Shown in pieces: positions 1-8,517 of a stretch of DNA of 22,394 bases. The notes under the pieces are model-generated. The model made no database searches, was not told where the DNA came from, and saw nothing but the letters and a program-made list of their open reading frames with translations. The translations under genes and the position numbers were made by a program. The DNA lies in assembly GCA_964452145.1 (NCBI GenBank), contig CAYVLA010000050.1, forward strand, positions 1-22,394, read 5' to 3'. Each line of letters starts with the position of its first letter. Position 1 is the stretch's first letter. Source of the DNA: Candidatus Hadarchaeota archaeon (GTDB lineage Archaea; CAYQAE01; CAYVLA01).

Positions 1-765
1 CTCCTCAGCCCCCTCACCCGGGATCACGATCTCCTCTTCCTCCACGCCTCCTTCTTTGAGGACTGCCTTCAGAACTTCGGGCTCTATCTTCCTCAGGCCA
101 ACGGAGGAGACCTCCACGGGCTTCAACTCGGCTGTCTTCACTCCCAGAGCTTGGAGTTCCTCCTCGCTCGCCTGGACCGACCCCGTCTTGCTGAGAGCAT
201 TGAACGTGGCCATGGCGAAGTTGAGCGTGGTCTGCGTGCTTCCTTTCGCCTTGGACCAAACATCCTCCACCCCGGCAAGCTGCAGAATGGTCTTTGCAAC
301 GTCGCCCGCAGCTAGGTCCACTCCCTTCGGGGCCGGAATGAGGGTTACCTCAACGCTTCCCGCCTTTCCGGTGACCCTGAACGGGACGGTGTGAGGCTTT
401 CCGCAGCCGCATTCCCAGCTGCCGCATCCACGGCGCACGTAGATCAGGTTCTTCTTGGCGTCCTCGATGGCCTTCTGAATGGAGTTGTAGACCTCCTTAG
501 CCTTGCCCTGTCCGATCCCAACATATCCATCCCTGTTGCCAATTGCCACCGTTACGCGGTACCTCAGCTTCCGCCCCGACCGGTCTCTTCTCTGCACCCT
601 GTTTATGTCAAGGATCTCACTATCCATGTTTGGGAGGAGATGATCGATTATCCTTGTCTCCAGAATGGGCAGACCCTTCTCCATGATCTCCCTAAGCGAG
701 CTGATGGAGCCCTCCAGAACCTTTCTGCCCAGATCCGTCCTTGGAACCCAGGCCCCTTTCTCCAT
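1..765 (-). CDS. rps5: 30S ribosomal protein uS5 (3'-partial, runs off window; C-terminal extension)
   Basis: Not in the ORF track; translated by hand from ATG at 765: MEKGAWVPRTDLGRKV...GNRDGYVGIGQGKAKE...VRRGCGSWECGCGKPHTVPFRVTGKAGSV...IPAPKG...TTLNFAMATFNAL. The frame is open for 255 codons to the window edge. It follows uL18 as in archaeal spc operons. Confidence 0.96.
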   Translation of the reverse strand, partial: MEKGAWVPRTDLGRKVLEGSISSLREIMEKGLPILETRIIDHLLPNMDSEILDINRVQRRDRSGRKLRYRVTVAIGNRDGYVGIGQGKAKEVYNSIQKAIEDAKKNLIYVRRGCGSWECGCGKPHTVPFRVTGKAGSVEVTLIPAPKGVDLAAGDVAKTILQLAGVEDVWSKAKGSTQTTLNFAMATFNALSKTGSVQASEEELQALGVKTAELKPVEVSSVGLRKIEPEVLKAVLKEGGVEEEEIVIPGEGAEE

Positions 766-766
766 T

Positions 767-1339
767 TCAAGCCTCCTTGCTATTGTTATCGATCTTGGCC
801 ACGATCTCATCGAACTGCTGGGGCAGGGATGCCAGGTCAACTCCCTTCTTCCTGTATGAGGCGACCGACGCGTCGTCCTCCAAGGCTTTGGCCACTTCCT
901 GGCCCTTGATCTTCTCCATCTTGGGGAAGCATCCCTCGTCACATGGGATCTGTAGACCCCCATCAATCGCCCCCTTCACCACGGCGTAGATGTCGGTTCC
1001 GGCCCTGGGTATTCGGCGTCCGGCATCCAGAATTGCTTTCTCGATCCCAGCCTTCGACGCCCGTTTGCCGCAGAGGTACCCCGTTAGATAGCCCGAGGTC
1101 GCGTTCGACCCATGGCCCTTCCAGCCATAGTCCCGTGCGAGTTCCCTGGAGTGGGCCGAGACAATCGTTATGTCGCCCCTGTCTGACGGGAGCGCGACGT
1201 GGGCGAAGTAGTGGGCATTTGATTCCCTGACGACGATTCTCGGGATGCCCGATACGAGATATCTCGATCTCCGGCGATAGTCGGTCCTACCCTCCCTTCG
1301 CCTCTTGAGTCCGAGCGTGAATGTTACACCCCTGGCCAT
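767..1339 (-). CDS. rpl18: 50S ribosomal protein uL18
   Basis: KRRREGRTDY, SAHSREL..YGWKG and YLTGYLCG motifs of archaeal uL18; operon position. Confidence 0.96.
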   Translation of the reverse strand: MARGVTFTLGLKRRREGRTDYRRRSRYLVSGIPRIVVRESNAHYFAHVALPSDRGDITIVSAHSRELARDYGWKGHGSNATSGYLTGYLCGKRASKAGIEKAILDAGRRIPRAGTDIYAVVKGAIDGGLQIPCDEGCFPKMEKIKGQEVAKALEDDASVASYRKKGVDLASLPQQFDEIVAKIDNNSKEA

Positions 1340-1341
1340 GC

Positions 1342-1791
1342 CTAATCCCTCAACAAGTTCCTCTCGGAAAGGTATGTCTCAAGATGGGACACGCTTCGGA
1401 AGAATCCTGACTTGGCCATGAGGTAGAGCTTCCGGTAGTCGGCCCTGTCGATCTTCCTCTGGTCCCGCATCTGGGCCAGCCTGTCGCGGATGGGCCGTAC
1501 CGATCTGACCCATGCCTCCTTCCTCGGGGTCCTAGCCCTCCGGCCACCCTTCCTGCTTCCCTGGCCTCTTCGCCTTCCCTTCGAGATCTGCAGGCGCTTC
1601 CTCCTCAGCCTACCCCTGCTGACCACATGTTCAGGGTGCGCCGATATCTTGCCCTCCCGTATGAGCCTCCGGACATCATCCCGGGTGATGGCAGCCGAGA
1701 TCTCGCCCGACTTGTCGGGGTCGAGCCAGACCCTGTTCTCGCCGCACCCAATCAGCTCGGCCGACATGCGTCTAACGAATCTTAGGTTCAA
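1342..1791 (-). CDS. rpl19e: 50S ribosomal protein eL19
   Basis: GENRVWLDP, AITRDDVRRLI, KGRRRGQGSRKG and YRKLYLMAKSGFF motifs; TTG start. Confidence 0.97.
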   Translation of the reverse strand: MNLRFVRRMSAELIGCGENRVWLDPDKSGEISAAITRDDVRRLIREGKISAHPEHVVSRGRLRRKRLQISKGRRRGQGSRKGGRRARTPRKEAWVRSVRPIRDRLAQMRDQRKIDRADYRKLYLMAKSGFFRSVSHLETYLSERNLLRD

Positions 1792-1800
1792 TTTCGACCC

Positions 1801-2163
1801 TTACCTGTTCAAGACCCTTATCCTGAGTTCATCCGCCTTGGCCAAGATCTTCTCCCTCTTCAACAACCCGACTCCGCTGGATATCCTTACCGCCTGCGTC
1901 AAGGCATCGATCCCATCGAGGTCGGCCGAGTTATGCACGATTACCTCCCTGTAACCCGACGGATGAACCGCCCTGTCTCGTCGATCCCGTCCAAAGCCCG
2001 CTCGGGGCTTCCTTGGCTTGCCGAAGATCTCCTTTCGTATCTTGCCGTCCACGCCCCTCGACTTGCGCCAGCTCTGTCCCAGGCGCTTGAGGCGGTCGGC
2101 ATCCGACCTGATGAACCTTGGTTTCTTCTTCGATCTTGCGGGTGAGCGCTTCACGTTAATCAT
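1801..2163 (-). CDS. rpl32e: 50S ribosomal protein eL32
   Basis: KKPRFIR..., SWRKSRGVD and HPSGYREVIVHN motifs; ATGA overlap with the uL6 stop. Confidence 0.95.
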   Translation of the reverse strand: MINVKRSPARSKKKPRFIRSDADRLKRLGQSWRKSRGVDGKIRKEIFGKPRKPRAGFGRDRRDRAVHPSGYREVIVHNSADLDGIDALTQAVRISSGVGLLKREKILAKADELRIRVLNR

Positions 2164-2708
2164 TCCTCCACCATCGCTGCCTTGCTGACCCTGTACACCC
2201 CGTCTTGGAAGATCCGCCTATCCCTATGCCTGACGATGGTGGCCTGTTCGATGTTCGCAGCGGTCTGAGCAACGGAGTCCCGGTCGATTCCACTGACGGT
2301 GATGAACTCACCCTCCACCGCGACGGTGACCCCCTCGTACACTCTGGCCCTTCTGGGATACCGTTCCCCGATGAAGTTGTTGATGAGGACCTGCCCTTCC
2401 CTGATCTCCGTGGTTATGGGGAAGTGGGAACTCACGACCCTCAGCCGCGCCCTGTAACCCCGGGTGACGCCTCTGATCAGGTTCTTGATCGTCGCGCCAT
2501 ACATCCCAAAGATGGCGACCTTCCTCGTTGATAGGAAGCGAGACGACATCAGTATCCTCGAATCATTTACGCTCAGCTGTATGTCCCTGTCCCCGAATTC
2601 CCTTGACAGGGTCCCTTTCGGACCCTTGACTGTGAGGACCTTCCCCTCCAGTTCAACGGTCACTCCCTCGGGGATTACGAATTCCTGCTCGAGCTCCGGA
2701 ACGACCAT
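2160..2708 (-). CDS. rpl6: 50S ribosomal protein uL6
   Basis: IPEGVTV..VKGPKG, HFPI, NFIGERYPR and QTAANIEQ..RDRRIFQDGVY motifs. Confidence 0.97.
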   Translation of the reverse strand: MVVPELEQEFVIPEGVTVELEGKVLTVKGPKGTLSREFGDRDIQLSVNDSRILMSSRFLSTRKVAIFGMYGATIKNLIRGVTRGYRARLRVVSSHFPITTEIREGQVLINNFIGERYPRRARVYEGVTVAVEGEFITVSGIDRDSVAQTAANIEQATIVRHRDRRIFQDGVYRVSKAAMVEE

Positions 2709-2718
2709 AGGTCAGACC

Positions 2719-3111
2719 TCAGTAGAAAAAGGCGAGGAGTATCCCACCCAGCCCTTTCTCCATTGCCTCCTTGTGGGATATCACGCCTGAGTTTGTGCTG
2801 ACGACCAAGAGGCCGAAATCAGAGGCCGGTAGGTACATTCTCTCCCACTTCTCATATTCGCCCCTCTTTACAGGGTGTCGGGGTCTGATGACGCCGCAAT
2901 CGTTGATGCTTCCACACAGCTCGACCTTGAACATCCCGGCCTTGCTGTCGTCATACAGCTCGAACTCACCGACATACCCTTCCTTCTGAGCTATGCGCAG
3001 CACGCTTCCGATGAGCTTCGAGGCAGGGTGTATGACGCATGTCCTCTTGCCCATGGACTGCCCGCTCTTGAGAGCGGAAAGGGCATCTGCCAGAGTATCA
3101 TTCAACGCCAT
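2719..3111 (-). CDS. rps8: 30S ribosomal protein uS8
   Basis: Start re-called at ATG 3111 (MALNDTLADAL, 130 aa); PASKLIGSVL, INDCGVIRPR and LPASDFGLLVVSTNSGVISH motifs. Confidence 0.96.
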   Translation of the reverse strand: MALNDTLADALSALKSGQSMGKRTCVIHPASKLIGSVLRIAQKEGYVGEFELYDDSKAGMFKVELCGSINDCGVIRPRHPVKRGEYEKWERMYLPASDFGLLVVSTNSGVISHKEAMEKGLGGILLAFFY

Positions 3112-3116
3112 ACCGC

Positions 3117-3278
3117 TCACCAGTACTTCGTGAAACCCACGTCTTGGCAGATCTCCCTGAAGCAGCGCCGGCAGACCTGGAGGCCGTACCTCCTGATGAT
3201 CGCTCCAGATTCCCCGCATCTTCTGCAGTGATAGGAATCTCTGCCAAACTTCCTCTTACCCGTCTTCTTCACGCGCAT
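3117..3278 (-). CDS. rps14: 30S ribosomal protein uS14 (zinc-binding type)
   Basis: Below the ORF-track cutoff; translated by hand as MRVKKTGKRKFGRDSYHCRRCGESGAIIRRYGLQVCRRCFREICQDVGFTKYW (53 aa, CxxC...CxxC); lies between uL5 and uS8. Confidence 0.96.
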   Translation of the reverse strand: MRVKKTGKRKFGRDSYHCRRCGESGAIIRRYGLQVCRRCFREICQDVGFTKYW

Positions 3279-3279
3279 T

Positions 3280-4038
3280 CTAGACAACCCTCACGTTGTA
3301 GCAATCTCGTATGAACCTCATGGCCTCCAGCTTGCCCACCCTGTGGGACCTAGGCAAACGCCTTCTCTCGATCCTTCTCCGCTTCACTCTGTAGCCTTTC
3401 CTCTCAACCGTCACGCAGACATCCATGCCGTAGATCCCTGTCGCCGGGTCATAGCGCACCCCCGGGATGTTGATGTGTTCCTGTATGCCAAAGGAGAAGT
3501 TGCCCTCCTCGTCAAACCACTTTCTCTTCACCGTTCCATCCACAGCCTCGAGCGCCCTTTTCAGGAAAGCAGCGGCCTTGTCCTTCCGGAGGGTCACCTT
3601 GCATCCTATCAGATCGTTCCTCCTGACGTTCAGTTCACGGTTGGTCTTTCTCGCAGCGGTCCTCACCGGCTTCTGATCGGTGAGGGACTCAAGCAACGTC
3701 ATCGCCCGTGACACTTTCTCGCCCGACTCCCCCACGCCGATATTGACCACGACCTTCGCCAGCTGGGGCATCTGCATGGCGTTCGCCAGCATCGGCGCTG
3801 GACCGAGATCAACCGGACCCGCTTCCTCCTCCTCCACATGCTTTCTCCGCACCCTCTTTCTGCGGACATGCCTGATGACGCCCTCGTCAGCTGGCTTGAT
3901 CTCTTTGGGGCCAACTGCCTTCTCCTTCCTAGCTTCCTCTCGCTTGACCTCCTCCTTGGCCTCCGCCTTGTCCTTCGGCGGACGCCTCTCGGGTTTTCGT
4001 TCCTCGGATGCCTCAGGTTTCTTCTTCTCGGCCGGCAT
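3280..4038 (-). CDS. rpl5: 50S ribosomal protein uL5 with ~82-aa charged N-terminal extension
   Basis: Core NAMQMPQLAKVVVNIGVGESG...IGCKVTLR...GNFSFGIQEHI..PGVRYDP..GIYGMD; ATG 2 nt after the eS4 stop, with a GGTGA SD upstream. Confidence 0.95.
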   Translation of the reverse strand: MPAEKKKPEASEERKPERRPPKDKAEAKEEVKREEARKEKAVGPKEIKPADEGVIRHVRRKRVRRKHVEEEEAGPVDLGPAPMLANAMQMPQLAKVVVNIGVGESGEKVSRAMTLLESLTDQKPVRTAARKTNRELNVRRNDLIGCKVTLRKDKAAAFLKRALEAVDGTVKRKWFDEEGNFSFGIQEHINIPGVRYDPATGIYGMDVCVTVERKGYRVKRRRIERRRLPRSHRVGKLEAMRFIRDCYNVRVV

Positions 4039-4040
4039 GT

Positions 4041-4751
4041 CTAGTTCACCTTGATCTTGGGACGTTTCCTGCCCACGACGAAGATGTAGCTCTCAAGCGT
4101 CTGCAACTGTTGACCGTCTGCGGACAGGATCACCAAGGTGGCCTGCTCGCCTCTACCTGCGGTGATCTTCTCTATCACTCCGACTTGGCCCGCATTCTTG
4201 CCCTTGTACACGATGGCAGCGTTACCGGGCTCGATCTTCATGACATCCTTGATGGATCTCTCGGGCAGACTGATCTGTATCACATCTCCGACGGCGTATT
4301 TCTTGCTCTCACTGCCAGGCAGCTCCATGTTCGAGCCGTCGTGAAGGTTCAGCTGGAGTCCGCCTCCACCCAACCAAGTCTTCCCCTGGACTCTGAGCAG
4401 CTTGACATTTGACTCGGCGTCCGATATGGGCTGCATCCTCAGCCCCTTGCGATCCGGCAGAATCCGGAAATACTCACCCGTCCTTTCGATTGCAACAACA
4501 TCCATGAGCCCTGCGGAGTACCCGTGATCCTTCCTCACGATGCCGTCAACGCGGATCTGTCCCTCCCTCAGGATCTTCTTCGCTTCACGTGCGTCTTGGG
4601 CATATCCCAGCAGGTCCCTCACCACGCCCAGCAACGGAATCCCCGCGGCGCCGGCGTGGGGCCCCGGCGACGGCTTCACCGCGAACGTATGACCCTTCGC
4701 CGTCAAGCCCCAGTGCTTGGGAGCCGAGAATCTCTTCAGATGTCTGCTCAA
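4041..4751 (-). CDS. rps4e: 30S ribosomal protein eS4
   Basis: HLKRFSAPKHW, PSPGPH, VDGIVRKD..GLMDVV and LNLHDGSN motifs; TTG start overlapping the uL24 stop. Confidence 0.97.
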   Translation of the reverse strand: MSRHLKRFSAPKHWGLTAKGHTFAVKPSPGPHAGAAGIPLLGVVRDLLGYAQDAREAKKILREGQIRVDGIVRKDHGYSAGLMDVVAIERTGEYFRILPDRKGLRMQPISDAESNVKLLRVQGKTWLGGGGLQLNLHDGSNMELPGSESKKYAVGDVIQISLPERSIKDVMKIEPGNAAIVYKGKNAGQVGVIEKITAGRGEQATLVILSADGQQLQTLESYIFVVGRKRPKIKVN

Positions 4752-5116
4752 GGCATTCCCCTCCTTTGCAGTATCTTCTGCCTTCTTTCGTCGTCCAAGC
4801 TGAGCTTGGTGATCTCGAGGTTCGAGGCCCTCAGGGGAACGAAGGACTTGGTGCCGTCCGCCTTGTCCTGGGTAACATCCTTGACGTAGACGAACCCCCG
4901 GTTCAGATCCACTTCCGTGACCTCATCCTCATGTCCCGAGAAGTCCCCTCTCATGACGCGGACGCGATCCCCTCTTCTCACAACCATGCTCTTGGTTCCG
5001 TACTGGGCCGAAAGCGGGCGTGATAGATGACCGTGAACCAGCCTGCTCCTCAGATGTTTGCTGCAGGCTAACTGATGCTTCCTCATCTTTCCAGGCTTCG
5101 ACGAAACGTGTTTCAT
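4748..5116 (-). CDS. rpl24: 50S ribosomal protein uL24
   Basis: SSKPGKMRK, KOW motif RRGDRVRVMRGDFSG, and KADG..ASNLEITKL. Confidence 0.96.
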   Translation of the reverse strand: MKHVSSKPGKMRKHQLACSKHLRSRLVHGHLSRPLSAQYGTKSMVVRRGDRVRVMRGDFSGHEDEVTEVDLNRGFVYVKDVTQDKADGTKSFVPLRASNLEITKLSLDDERRQKILQRRGMP

Positions 5117-5126
5117 TCCATTCCTC

Positions 5127-5552
5127 CTATGCCACTGCGCTAGCTATGCCTCCGAGCCTGGGCCAACGCTGAACGGCTTCCCGGGCGACAACGCCTCTGA
5201 TCTCCGAGCCCCGTGGCGTGCCATCTTCTGCGACCAGGACTGCCGCATTATCCTCGAACTTCACCCTCAACCCGCTGTCCCTCCGATACTCCTTGGTTTG
5301 GCGAACAACGATTGCCCGCAGTATCTGGCGGCGCATCTCGGGGGTACCCTTCTTCACGGAGACGACCACCATATCGCCCACGCCTGCCGATGCGTACCGG
5401 TTCAGAGTCGTCTTGTACCCAACCACGGCGACCAGCTCAATCTCCTTGGCGCCGGTATTGTCGACGCACCTGAGACGGGCACCCAAGGGCAGGCATCTTA
5501 TCGGAGCGTAGTGCAGCGTTCCTCTCGTCCCACCCATTCCCTTCTTGGCCAT
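5127..5552 (-). CDS. rpl14: 50S ribosomal protein uL14
   Basis: [30 protein letters not shown] and [12 protein letters not shown] motifs. Confidence 0.98.
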   Translation of the reverse strand: MAKKGMGGTRGTLHYAPIRCLPLGARLRCVDNTGAKEIELVAVVGYKTTLNRYASAGVGDMVVVSVKKGTPEMRRQILRAIVVRQTKEYRRDSGLRVKFEDNAAVLVAEDGTPRGSEIRGVVAREAVQRWPRLGGIASAVA

Positions 5553-5879
5553 CTAGCCTCCCTCCAGTTTCTCGATCACGACGAAGGATACCGTCTTGCT
5601 CAGGGGCCTGCACTCGGCCATCCGCACCTGGTCGCCCACCCGGGCCGCTATGCAATCGGGGTTGTGAGCGTGGTATCTTCCGGTTCTCTTCTCGACCCGC
5701 TGGAACTTACTGCGGTAGAGGAAGTAACCCGTCTTGACGACCACGGTCCCTTTCATCTTGTCGCTGGTAACGACTCCTTCGATGATCTTGCCCCGGACCT
5801 TCAAGTGACCGTGAAAGGGACACTTTAGATCCTTGCATTCCTTCTGGGGCGTTCTCGTTACAAGTCCAACTGCGCTCAA
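5553..5879 (-). CDS. rps17: 30S ribosomal protein uS17
   Basis: CKDLKCPFHG, GVVTSDKMKGTVVV and GDQVRMAECRPLSKT motifs; TTG start. Confidence 0.97.
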   Translation of the reverse strand: MSAVGLVTRTPQKECKDLKCPFHGHLKVRGKIIEGVVTSDKMKGTVVVKTGYFLYRSKFQRVEKRTGRYHAHNPDCIAARVGDQVRMAECRPLSKTVSFVVIEKLEGG

Positions 5880-6157
5880 ACTACCCCTCCCCTGATCTTC
5901 TTCTTGATACGCTCCTCAGGACTTCCGACAAGGAGGTCGCCAGAGATCTCAACGGCCTCGCCATCGAGGCTGACCGCTATGCGCGAACCCTTCTTGGGGA
6001 TCGTCCACTTCCTTCCCGCGCGCTCCAACCTGATCATATTCCTCGTCTCATCAATGACTCTTCCCGTCACGGGATTCCGAAGCCCGGGCCCGCGAACGGT
6101 GGCCTCCAGACCGATGAACTCCCCTCTGACCAGACCCTCCAGGGACTTCAACGGCAT
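5876..6157 (-). CDS. rnp1: Ribonuclease P protein component 1 (Rpp29/Pop4)
   Basis: EFIGL, GRVIDETRNM, IPK and G..LVGSPEERIK motifs; canonical position before uS17. Confidence 0.93.
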   Translation of the reverse strand: MPLKSLEGLVRGEFIGLEATVRGPGLRNPVTGRVIDETRNMIRLERAGRKWTIPKKGSRIAVSLDGEAVEISGDLLVGSPEERIKKKIRGGVV

Positions 6158-6164
6158 CTCACCT

Positions 6165-6473
6165 TCAACGGATGTCGATGGATTCCTCGGGAAAACCGGT
6201 CTGAACTAGGAACTCCTTCACTCTCTCCCTGTGATCACCCTGGAACTCGATTCTCCCGTCCTTGACCGTTCCTCCACAGGCGAGTTTTCCCTTCAACTTC
6301 TTCGTCAGCTCCTTGGTGTCCACGTCTTTCTCGTCGATGCCTTCGATAACGGTCATCGTCTTTCCAAACCTTCTCTTGGTCGAGTAGATCCGTATCCGCT
6401 GTTTCTCCCTCGCAATCTCCTCGCAGACGCACAGATCCTTCGGAAGACCACACACCTGGCACACTTCACTCAT
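6165..6473 (-). CDS. Translation initiation factor aIF1 (SUI1 family)
   Basis: Start re-called at ATG 6473 (MSEVCQVCGLPKDLCVCEEIARE); KRRFGK.MTVIEG, LKGKLACGGTVK and IEFQGDHR motifs; 8-nt overlap with uL29. Confidence 0.95.
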   Translation of the reverse strand: MSEVCQVCGLPKDLCVCEEIAREKQRIRIYSTKRRFGKTMTVIEGIDEKDVDTKELTKKLKGKLACGGTVKDGRIEFQGDHRERVKEFLVQTGFPEESIDIR

Positions 6474-6687
6474 TCGTTGCACCCTTCTCCTCTGAGATCT
6501 CACCCAGAACGGTGAGGATCCTCGCAATCGTTCTTCTGATCTCCCTTATTCTGCCGGGGTTATGGGGCGGGGAACCCAAGGCCATGGTAGACTTCTCGCC
6601 AGCCAGCTCCTCGCGGAGCTGGGAAAGGCGCTCCCTTATCTCCGACTCTGGCATGTTCCTGATCTCATCCGCCCTCAATATGGCCAT
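6466..6687 (-). CDS. rpl29: 50S ribosomal protein uL29
   Basis: MAILRADEIRNM...NPGRIREIRRTIARILT; GGAGG SD upstream. Confidence 0.97.
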   Translation of the reverse strand: MAILRADEIRNMPESEIRERLSQLREELAGEKSTMALGSPPHNPGRIREIRRTIARILTVLGEISEEKGATNE

Positions 6688-6701
6688 AGATCTCTCCTCC
6701 T

Positions 6702-7628
6702 CTAGCCCTGTTTCCCAGCATCCTCTCCGTCCAGCGCTTCCCCGCTTTCCGCGCCATCCTCGGCAGAACCTTGATCACCGGTCTCGTCCGGAGGCACATC
6801 TCGCACATCGATGCGAAGCTCCTCCGCACTACCCGGTTCCTCCTTGCCCTCGGGCTGCCCCCCCGCTTCCCCGGGCTCCTCAGCTTCCTCTTCTCCCAAG
6901 AGCTCCTCGTCCGGTTGCTCGGCTGCCCCATCCCCAGATGCCTCGACGGTGAGCTCTCCCTCCGCAGCGGGCTCCACGACCTCTAGGGTCTTCTCAGCCG
7001 GCCCGGCCTCCTCCGCCTTTCGTGCAGCCTTCTCTTTGAGCGCATCCAGATCCACATGGTCGGGCATCTTGGCATTCGGAGGCATGATCTTGACCTTTAT
7101 GCCCATACTCCCCTGTTTGAGGTCGGCCACCGCGAGGCCCTTCAGAACCTGCTTGGACGGCTCACCACATTTCGTTATCGTGCCCCGCACGAACCTGACG
7201 CTCCGGGCTCTCTCCCCGCGGATCTTGCCCGATATCGTGATCTCCACGCCATGGGCCCCGGCCTCCATTATCTTGTCCAAGTTCATGTAGGCCGATCTTC
7301 GGAAGGGCCTACCGGCCTTGAGCATCGCGGCGATCCGGCTGGCCATGATGTGGGGGTTCAACTCGGGTATCGAGATCTCCTCGACCTCGATCTGCAGGTT
7401 CTCGAAGCCGTACCTCTGTTCCAGCGCCTCGGTCAGGTCCTTTATGTTCCTCCCGCGGCGGCCTATTATCAGACCCGGCCTCTCGGCATAGATGATCATC
7501 CTTGTCCGCAGCGCCGTCCTCCTGATGTCGACGCCACCGAACTTGGCCTTCTGCAGATTGTCGCGAAGGAACTCCTTGATGTCGGCCTTCTTTATGCCTT
7601 CCTCTACGAACTCCCTTTCTCGTGCCAA
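6702..7628 (-). CDS. rps3: 30S ribosomal protein uS3 with long acidic C-terminal tail
   Basis: KH motif RPGLIIGRRG, GAHGVEITISGK and GIKVKIMPP; start re-called at TTG 7628 (MAREREFVEEG), 8 nt after GGTGA. Confidence 0.96.
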   Translation of the reverse strand: MAREREFVEEGIKKADIKEFLRDNLQKAKFGGVDIRRTALRTRMIIYAERPGLIIGRRGRNIKDLTEALEQRYGFENLQIEVEEISIPELNPHIMASRIAAMLKAGRPFRRSAYMNLDKIMEAGAHGVEITISGKIRGERARSVRFVRGTITKCGEPSKQVLKGLAVADLKQGSMGIKVKIMPPNAKMPDHVDLDALKEKAARKAEEAGPAEKTLEVVEPAAEGELTVEASGDGAAEQPDEELLGEEEAEEPGEAGGQPEGKEEPGSAEELRIDVRDVPPDETGDQGSAEDGAESGEALDGEDAGKQG

Positions 7629-7629
7629 G

Positions 7630-8094
7630 TTATCTCTCACCGAGCCAGACTTCGACGTTTGTGGTCGGGCTATCGAATGGGTCGACGCGTCCCCTAGCCC
7701 TGTGCCAGAACCCCCTAATCACGAAACCCTTTCTGGCGCTTGCGTGCCGTATGAGGAGAGAATCCTCGTCCAGGCCCTTGTACTTCGCGTTGCTGCGAGC
7801 GTTCTCAAGGACTTCGATGATGGCTTTGGAAGCGTTGACCGGGCTCCTGCCTGAATGCCACTTCTGGATGGATCTCTTGTGAGATAGCTGCTTGTAATGC
7901 CTCTTGTATGGCACAGCATCAATTCGATCCACAACTCTCTCAAGATAGTCCAAGGCATCCTCCAGGTCCCTGCCCTTGATCTCCCTGCAGATCTCCGTGG
8001 CGTCCTTGGGCGAGATTCTGAGTTCCCGGCCCATAGCCCTAGCGACCTTGGCTGGATCGTGTCTCTTGTTATACGAGTAGTGAAACCTCACCAT
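7630..8094 (-). CDS. rpl22: 50S ribosomal protein uL22
   Basis: ISPKDATEICREIKG, AVPYKRH, NARSNAKYKGL and RARGR motifs. Confidence 0.96.
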   Translation of the reverse strand: MVRFHYSYNKRHDPAKVARAMGRELRISPKDATEICREIKGRDLEDALDYLERVVDRIDAVPYKRHYKQLSHKRSIQKWHSGRSPVNASKAIIEVLENARSNAKYKGLDEDSLLIRHASARKGFVIRGFWHRARGRVDPFDSPTTNVEVWLGER

Positions 8095-8103
8095 GCTATC
8101 CCT

Positions 8104-8505
8104 CTATTTCAGCGGGACGTACTTGGAGCTCTTGGTCGCTCCCACGCCTGGGGCGCTATGCTGGACCCTCTGCCTGCTCATGACGAACTCTCCGAGGTAG
8201 TGGCCAACCATCTCGGGTTGGACTTCGAATTTCTGGAAATCCCGACCGCTGTAGACTTCCATCTCGAGGCCGACCATCTCCGGGAGCACGATGAAGTCTC
8301 TGCAATGGGTCCTGATGACGCTGCGACCGTCCCCGGAACGGCCGATGCTTCTGACGTCCTCTAGCAGAGCCTTGTGGGCTTTAGAGAAGCCTCGGCCGAT
8401 CGATCTCCTCTGTCTAGCCGGAAGGAGCTTCAGGAACTCCTCGAACGACATGGACGACAGTTCCTCCATCGTCCTTCCCCTATAGGTGAACTTCTTCCGT
8501 GGCAT
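8104..8505 (-). CDS. rps19: 30S ribosomal protein uS19
   Basis: FTYRG, LPARQRRS, RTHCRD..VLPEMVG, EMVGHYLGEF and PGVGATKSSKYVPLK motifs. Confidence 0.98.
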   Translation of the reverse strand: MPRKKFTYRGRTMEELSSMSFEEFLKLLPARQRRSIGRGFSKAHKALLEDVRSIGRSGDGRSVIRTHCRDFIVLPEMVGLEMEVYSGRDFQKFEVQPEMVGHYLGEFVMSRQRVQHSAPGVGATKSSKYVPLK

Positions 8506-8517
8506 CTTCCTCGCTCC

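Noticed and set aside
3112..3219. Apparent 36-aa N-terminal extension of uS8 in the ORF track
   Set aside because: This DNA is the uS14 gene in another frame; uS8 starts at ATG 3111
6474..6527. Longer aIF1 start in the ORF track
   Set aside because: It overlaps uL29; the family N-terminus begins at MSEVC
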